Origin: Chlamydiota bacterium
GTDB taxonomy: Bacteria > Auribacterota > JACPWU01
Length of the DNA stretch: 64,000 nt
Assembly: GCA_016178055.1 (NCBI GenBank)
Contig: JACOUC010000036.1
Coordinates: forward strand, 9 to 64,008
Direction: 5' to 3'
Every line of letters begins with the position of its first letter. Positions within the stretch are counted from its first letter, which is position 1. A program made the position numbers and the translations under genes. Under the pieces are notes generated by a model. The model was not told where the DNA came from and did no database searches. It was given only the letters and a program-made list of their open reading frames with translations. This document shows, in pieces, positions 18,901-22,247 of the stretch.

Positions 18901-19887
18901 GCCTCGAGCCTTCAGCCCGTTTTCCGCTTCTAGCTGCTTTACATATTCCCCCATCTCTATCTTATGCTCCCTATACTTCTCCCTTTCTTCAATGAGCTCT
19001 ATCAATTCCTTTGGATAAATTTTTTCGGACAAACCCCTAAATATATCATCTAAACCCTGCCAGACATGCTCTTGTAAATTCCTCTCCTTCAAAAGCTCCC
19101 CCATCGCCCTTAAATTCTCGACATAATCAGACAGTTCTTCCACCCCCACTCCCTTAACCTTTTTTGGCCCTTCCTTAACGAGAAAAGTCTCCACCCCATC
19201 GAGTTCATTTTTATCCAAGAATTTTTTGAGAAGAGAAGCTAAAACCCTCTGATCTGGGAAAGACCAGAAAAAGGACATGTCCATTTCACCATCAGCAGCC
19301 TCACAAAATATATGAAATGGTTTAAAATTCTCAGATACGGCTCTAACTTTGAGATTGTTTTGGCTCGAAGCTCGCCCGCCTCGCCTGACTCGTTCGTCAG
19401 ACGAGTCGCCGCCTTTGGCGAGCCTCGCCCTTTGGCGGGAGGTGGGAGGCTCAAGGCTCGAGGTAAATACTTCTGCTTTCTTTGCTTTTGCCTCGAGCTT
19501 CCAGCTTCGAGCCTCGAGCCCGTTTTTTTCTTCGAGCTTCGAGCCTCGAGCCTCTAGCTGCTTTTGTAAAATTTTCAACATCCTCTGAATATTCTCTTGC
19601 GCCTGAGAATTACAATGAATATCTTCAATAATGAAGAGATGAGGTGCTCCGGGGACATAGAATTGATCGGTCACTTCCCCTATTTCATGGGGAATACGCA
19701 TCTCCTCCAAAACTGAACTTAAATCGAGGGATTTGCGATCCACAGGATTAAACTCATTTACAGAAGTGACTGCTTTCAAATGAGTTGCGAATTGAGTATT
19801 CTGGCCAACAGAATAAGAAATGTCATAAAAGAGGAAGGAAAAACAAACGCACAAACTAATCAATGAACGCATAAACCTGACAAGCAT
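3931..19887 (-). CDS. Giant multidomain membrane protein, ORF1 (Tiki/ChaN-like N-domain, M50 protease-like, ClpB-like AAA+ pair, GT4 glycosyltransferase, large unknown regions)
   Basis: The open frame is continuous from 3931 to 19998 and begins with a GTG. The likely true start is ATG 19887 ([18 protein letters not shown], a signal-peptide-like N-terminus), preceded by GAGAGGGG. Domain motifs are listed as separate features. Confidence 0.65.
   Translation of the reverse strand: [5318 protein letters not shown]
6600..8199 (-). other. GT4-family (GT-B) glycosyltransferase module in ORF1, preceded by a transmembrane hairpin
   Basis: [36 protein letters not shown] is the E-x7-E GT4 signature, at about 6724-6810. 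Upstream are [10 protein letters not shown] and two transmembrane helices. An internal Met (MAGIVGQ) lies at 8199. Confidence 0.65.
8162..8190 (+). promoter_or_regulatory. Sigma70-like promoter for the nested coiled-coil gene: TTGACT, 17 bp spacer, TACGAT, 7 nt, then ATG (leaderless-like)
   Basis: TTGACT at 8162-8167 and TACGAT at 8185-8190, with the ATG at 8198. The architecture is identical to 16709-16737. Confidence 0.45.
8198..8695 (+). CDS. Coiled-coil protein (paralog of 16745..17110), nested antisense within ORF1
   Basis: 166 aa, E/K/R-rich heptad-like sequence with tandem 11-aa units (VDKIETRLEK). Its N-terminus matches the paralog (QFKVFGEGLxGxR), and the differences between the two copies are enriched for plus-frame synonymous changes (GGC/GGA, GGT/GGA, AGA/CGT, ACG/ACA). 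It has its own -35/-10 promoter. Confidence 0.5.
   Translation: MEENKSENDSVMKSSHVAVILEDLRGQFKVFGEGLSGLREKTEEGFARIDKKFDRIENELANFRVRVRGVEDGNARIETKVDKIETRLEKVETKVDKIEIRLGKIETRLEKGEIKVEKISESNVRIEADLRIIKNLVKVKVDLEEYKILEDRVALLESKFAALAR
8848..8926. repeat. Family A palindromic element, full hairpin, in frame inside ORF1
   Basis: gctcgaagctcgaggctcaaagctcgagg, then loop taaatacttcttcggttctttgcttttc, then cctcgagcttcgagcctccagc. It translates as [32 protein letters not shown]. Confidence 0.75.
12450..14623 (-). other. ClpB/ClpA-like double AAA+ chaperone module in ORF1
   Basis: AAA-1 has Walker A [12 protein letters not shown] (about 14265-14300) and Walker B [8 protein letters not shown]. AAA-2 has Walker A [19 protein letters not shown] (about 13261-13293) and [10 protein letters not shown], with a ClpB-type C-terminal [13 protein letters not shown]. 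An internal Met (MINGRSS) and a transmembrane helix lie at 14623. Confidence 0.7.
14665..14853 (+). CDS. Small protein, putative VapB-like antitoxin partner of the downstream PIN gene (nested antisense in ORF1)
   Basis: 62 aa. A strong Shine-Dalgarno AAGGAGG lies 7 nt upstream of the ATG. It ends 4 nt before the PIN ORF. I recognised no antitoxin fold from the sequence itself. Confidence 0.35.
   Translation: MSAKLQELTELMGELEPKSLSRRSRNVAKALLGSCRGLITPRGKSSTRWIRQERSSLHSKVR
14858..15325 (+). CDS. PIN-domain (VapC-like) protein nested antisense in ORF1
   Basis: 155 aa. It starts LILDTDVIVNWL (first PIN acidic residue) and ends ...DPFDAILLACAMSSEEAILVSRDK (C-terminal PIN acidic cluster). Confidence 0.55.
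   Translation: MPSLPTLILDTDVIVNWLSEELETGTGRELWKAPFDIISKAEEGRSSVLICLTTLLELRFLLRRKKRLSDASIRSIINRMFQIISVNVPDKTELLRANHLQSLHPLDPFDAILLACAMSSEEAILVSRDKPLLRIASEFLEALNPEDALAKISKS
16100..16746 (-). other. M50 (site-2 protease) metallopeptidase-like module in ORF1
   Basis: HEYAHG (HExxH) lies in a transmembrane helix at about 16580-16597, and [10 protein letters not shown] (the LDG motif) lies downstream. The module begins at an internal Met, MRKII, at 16746. Confidence 0.6.
16709..16737 (+). promoter_or_regulatory. Sigma70-like promoter for the nested coiled-coil gene: TTGACT, 17 bp spacer, TATGAT, 7 nt, then ATG
   Basis: TTGACT at 16709-16714 and TATGAT at 16732-16737, with the ATG at 16745. The spacing is the same as at 8162-8190. 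Confidence 0.45.
16745..17110 (+). CDS. Coiled-coil protein (paralog of 8198..8695), nested antisense within ORF1
   Basis: 121 aa from ATG 16745 (the ORF track begins at TTG 16709). The block QFKVFGEGLTGFRKETNARFDRLEE is shared with the other copy. The ATG overlaps the minus-strand Met of the M50 module in a CATG palindrome. Confidence 0.5.
   Translation: MNEKKTPKPIPTPEEAQRYNSVIIEEMRSQFKVFGEGLTGFRKETNARFDRLEEVVMDTRERVSRVENRLTKVEESNARIESDIRLIKNQIKVKVDLEEFKVLENRLVIVEKRLAALPISA
17945..18050. repeat. Family A palindromic element, full, in frame in ORF1
   Basis: ggctcgaggctcgagg...ctcgaggctcgaagctcgaggctcgaag taaatgcttc...tttgcttttg cctcgagcctcgagcttcgagcc. Confidence 0.75.
18315..18420. repeat. 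Family C compound palindrome in ORF1 (TCTCGACTGCGC / GTTCGAGCGTAGTCGAGAAC arms with an inner gtttcgac/gtcgaaac hairpin)
   Basis: The GTTCGAGCGCAGTCGAGAAC motif recurs at 20103-20122 (intergenic MITE-like element) and at 54661-54680 (in ORF2). Confidence 0.55.
18554..18577. repeat. Family A element, single arm, in frame in ORF1
   Basis: agcttcgagcctcgagcctcgagc. It encodes [10 protein letters not shown]. Confidence 0.6.
18798..18910. repeat. Family A palindromic element, full, in frame in ORF1
   Basis: ggctcgaagctcgaggctcaaggctcgagg ... ttttgcttttgcctcgagcttcgagcctcgagcc. Confidence 0.75.
19362..19562. repeat. Family A compound palindromic element, in frame in ORF1, with an inner gactcgttcgtcagacgagtc palindrome
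   Basis: About 200 bp. Both arms are present, with a loop taaatacttctgctttctttgcttttg typical of the family. Confidence 0.7.
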
Positions 19888-20084
19888 GACAACCCCTCTC
19901 GATCTTGAAAAAATCAATAATGACTGCAAGCTTACATAAGTAAAGACACTTTGGGGACTAGAAATGTAAAAATAAAAATTTAGAAATTTCCATCTCACAA
20001 TTGATAAAGGAAGGTTTCTTATAGAATAACCAGCTATTCCTTCAAGCCCTTACATAATGATTTCCTCTACTTTATGGAACTGTT

Positions 20085-20215
20085 GCAAAATGTAAGCTTT
20101 ACCGTTCGAGCGCAGTCGAGAACAAATGTTTTGAGCTCGAACTTCTCGATTCGGCTCGAAATCTTCGACTTCTCGAGACTCGGCTCGAAGAATAACGGGT
20201 GATGCACATTTTGCA
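20085..20215. mobile_element. MITE-like element, about 130 bp, with 13 bp perfect terminal inverted repeats (TGTTGCAAAATGT), in the ORF1 upstream intergenic region
   Basis: ctgttgcaaaatgt...acattttgcaacag. The interior carries GTTCGAGCGCAGTCGAGAAC and TCGAA/TCGAG-rich palindromes related to families A and C. There is no ORF. Confidence 0.5.
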
Positions 20216-20286
20216 ACAGAGCCTTTATGAACTAAAAGTAACTGTTTTTATATACCTTTAGTTCACATTGTTTTCCAATCTCCCTT

Positions 20287-21978
20287 TCACCCCACCTTAA
20301 CAAGCCCCAACGTCACATCATCGGTTTGGGGCTGATCTTGGATGAATTCTGTTACTTGCTTTAAAAGTTTTTGGAGAATCACTTTCGCCTTCTCGTGTGA
20401 GGCCTCTTTGAGGACATTTTCGATGGCAGGTATAAAATAATGCTCGAAAGTTTGATGAAAAGCATTTCGAGCATGAAGGGCTCCATCCGTGTAAAAGAAA
20501 ATTTTATCTCCTTTTTTTAATTCTATATTTTTTTCTTCAATCATATTTTCAGAATCCCAATCAGAGACCCCTAATGCAACACCCTTGGTAGTTAATTGAA
20601 TCTTTTCCTTTCCTTCATCCCTCATGATTAAAAGAGGTAAATGCCCAGCTCTCGCAAAAGAAAGAACATCATTCTTAACATCTAAAAAAACAATATTGCA
20701 ACTGATCAACATATCTTTTTTCAAGTTCTTCAAAAGCCATTGATTAAGTGTGTTAAGTAATTCCTTCGGCGATAAAGCCCCTTTTATTTTGGTCTTAAGC
20801 ATTAAACGAAACATCGCCATCGCAAGCGCTCCCGAAATACCCTTGCCGCTCACATCCGCCAAGACCAAGGCCAATCGATAATCATCGACCCAATACCAGT
20901 CATAATAATCATTCCCGACTTCTTTTGCAGCCCAGCGGCAAAATGAAAAATCAAATCCTGGAATTTCTGGAAATTCTTTTGGAAGTAAAGCCTGATGAAT
21001 TTGATCAATGGCTTCAGATTCATATTTCACATTCTGCCCTTCTCCATAAATCTTTTGATACTGCCGCACTTGAGAAAGACTCACCGCCACTTGTGCCGCA
21101 AATCCGCTCAAAAAACGCAAATCATCTTCTTCAAATTGACCCATTTTAAAAAGCGTATCGCAATAGATCATCCCTAGAACATTTTTCTTTAAAATAATCG
21201 GAACACAAATCGCTGATTTGATCCCATGAATCTGTACGGTTTGCGATTTTCGAAATCTTTCATCCTGACCTGCATGCACACAAAGAACGCCCACCCCTTC
21301 ACGAAGAACGGTATCCAAAATTTCCTTACTGATCTCCAAAGGATAATATCCAGCCCGATCCGTTCCACGTCGAATGCTCCGGGGAACAAATTCTTGAGTC
21401 TTTTCATCACAGCAAAGAATGACATAGCGGTCTGCAGAAATAACTTCTCCTATCAAGTCCAAAATTTTATAAATCAAAAAATCCTCTTCTAAAATAGAAT
21501 TTAAAATAGAGCTTGCCCGATAAAAAAGTGAAAGATTTTTTTCTGTTTTTTTGATGAGTTCTAAATCTGAAAAAGAAGGTTCAAATTCAAGATAAGAAGA
21601 AAGATCCTGACTCGGAAAGATTTGAGCAATCGGCGGAGAAATTAATTTTTTGGTAACGACTTCCAAAGGGTTTTCTCTTTCTTCATGAGATAACGCAAGG
21701 GCACTCGAAAATTTTAGAAGCGTCCCTCCCAAAAGAATTTCATCCCCCTCTTTGAGCACATACCGATTAATAAATATGCCATTGACATATGTCCCATTAA
21801 CGGCATCTAGATTTCGAAGAATGTAGGAGCCTTCATCCTTGCTAATTTGGGCATGAAACTCTGAGACGCGCAGATCATGAAGAACCCATTGATTGCTCTT
21901 ATCTCGCCCAATGGAAACCCCCTCATGAATAGGATAGACCTGTCCTTCTTCAACACCATGAATAACAATGAGATTCAT
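20287..21978 (-). CDS. FHA - GAF - PP2C (SpoIIE/RsbU-type) Ser/Thr phosphatase
   Basis: 563 aa. The N-terminal FHA domain has GRDKSNQWVLHDLRVSEFHAQI...NGTYVNG. The C-terminal PPM segment has LVLADVSGKGISGALAMAMF and FYTDGALHARNAF. Confidence 0.7.
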   Translation of the reverse strand: MNLIVIHGVEEGQVYPIHEGVSIGRDKSNQWVLHDLRVSEFHAQISKDEGSYILRNLDAVNGTYVNGIFINRYVLKEGDEILLGGTLLKFSSALALSHEERENPLEVVTKKLISPPIAQIFPSQDLSSYLEFEPSFSDLELIKKTEKNLSLFYRASSILNSILEEDFLIYKILDLIGEVISADRYVILCCDEKTQEFVPRSIRRGTDRAGYYPLEISKEILDTVLREGVGVLCVHAGQDERFRKSQTVQIHGIKSAICVPIILKKNVLGMIYCDTLFKMGQFEEDDLRFLSGFAAQVAVSLSQVRQYQKIYGEGQNVKYESEAIDQIHQALLPKEFPEIPGFDFSFCRWAAKEVGNDYYDWYWVDDYRLALVLADVSGKGISGALAMAMFRLMLKTKIKGALSPKELLNTLNQWLLKNLKKDMLISCNIVFLDVKNDVLSFARAGHLPLLIMRDEGKEKIQLTTKGVALGVSDWDSENMIEEKNIELKKGDKIFFYTDGALHARNAFHQTFEHYFIPAIENVLKEASHEKAKVILQKLLKQVTEFIQDQPQTDDVTLGLVKVG

Positions 21979-22247
21979 GAGTTATCCATTTTCAATTTTA
22001 AATTATCAATTTGTTTTAGATAGCCAATCGCCACAACTTATTCTACAATCTTTTTCCAAAATCTAATGTAACCCAAGAACAGAGATAGGAAAATGGAATT
22101 CGACGCAAGATCTTGGCCATCTTGTCCTTCAGAAAGCCTCGACAGACACCTCTCAGTGTATGCCTACGTTTTCTTCAGGCCAATCTAGCTCAAGCTTTTG
22201 CGTCTCGGTTCTCATTTCCTATCTCTGTCCTTGGGTACGAATGAATC

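Larger units (their letters stand above)
17450..19870 (-). other. ORF1 N-terminal Tiki/TraB/ChaN-like domain, split by in-frame palindromic elements
   Basis: First motif [18 protein letters not shown]. Second GxxH motif [11 protein letters not shown]. The same two motifs occur at the N-termini of ORF2 (LFQDIHAHPQAQ / MTGGFHT) and ORF3 (LLQDAHGNFEVQ / MVGGYHT). The assignment to the Tiki/TraB/ChaN superfamily rests on motif resemblance only. Confidence 0.35.
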
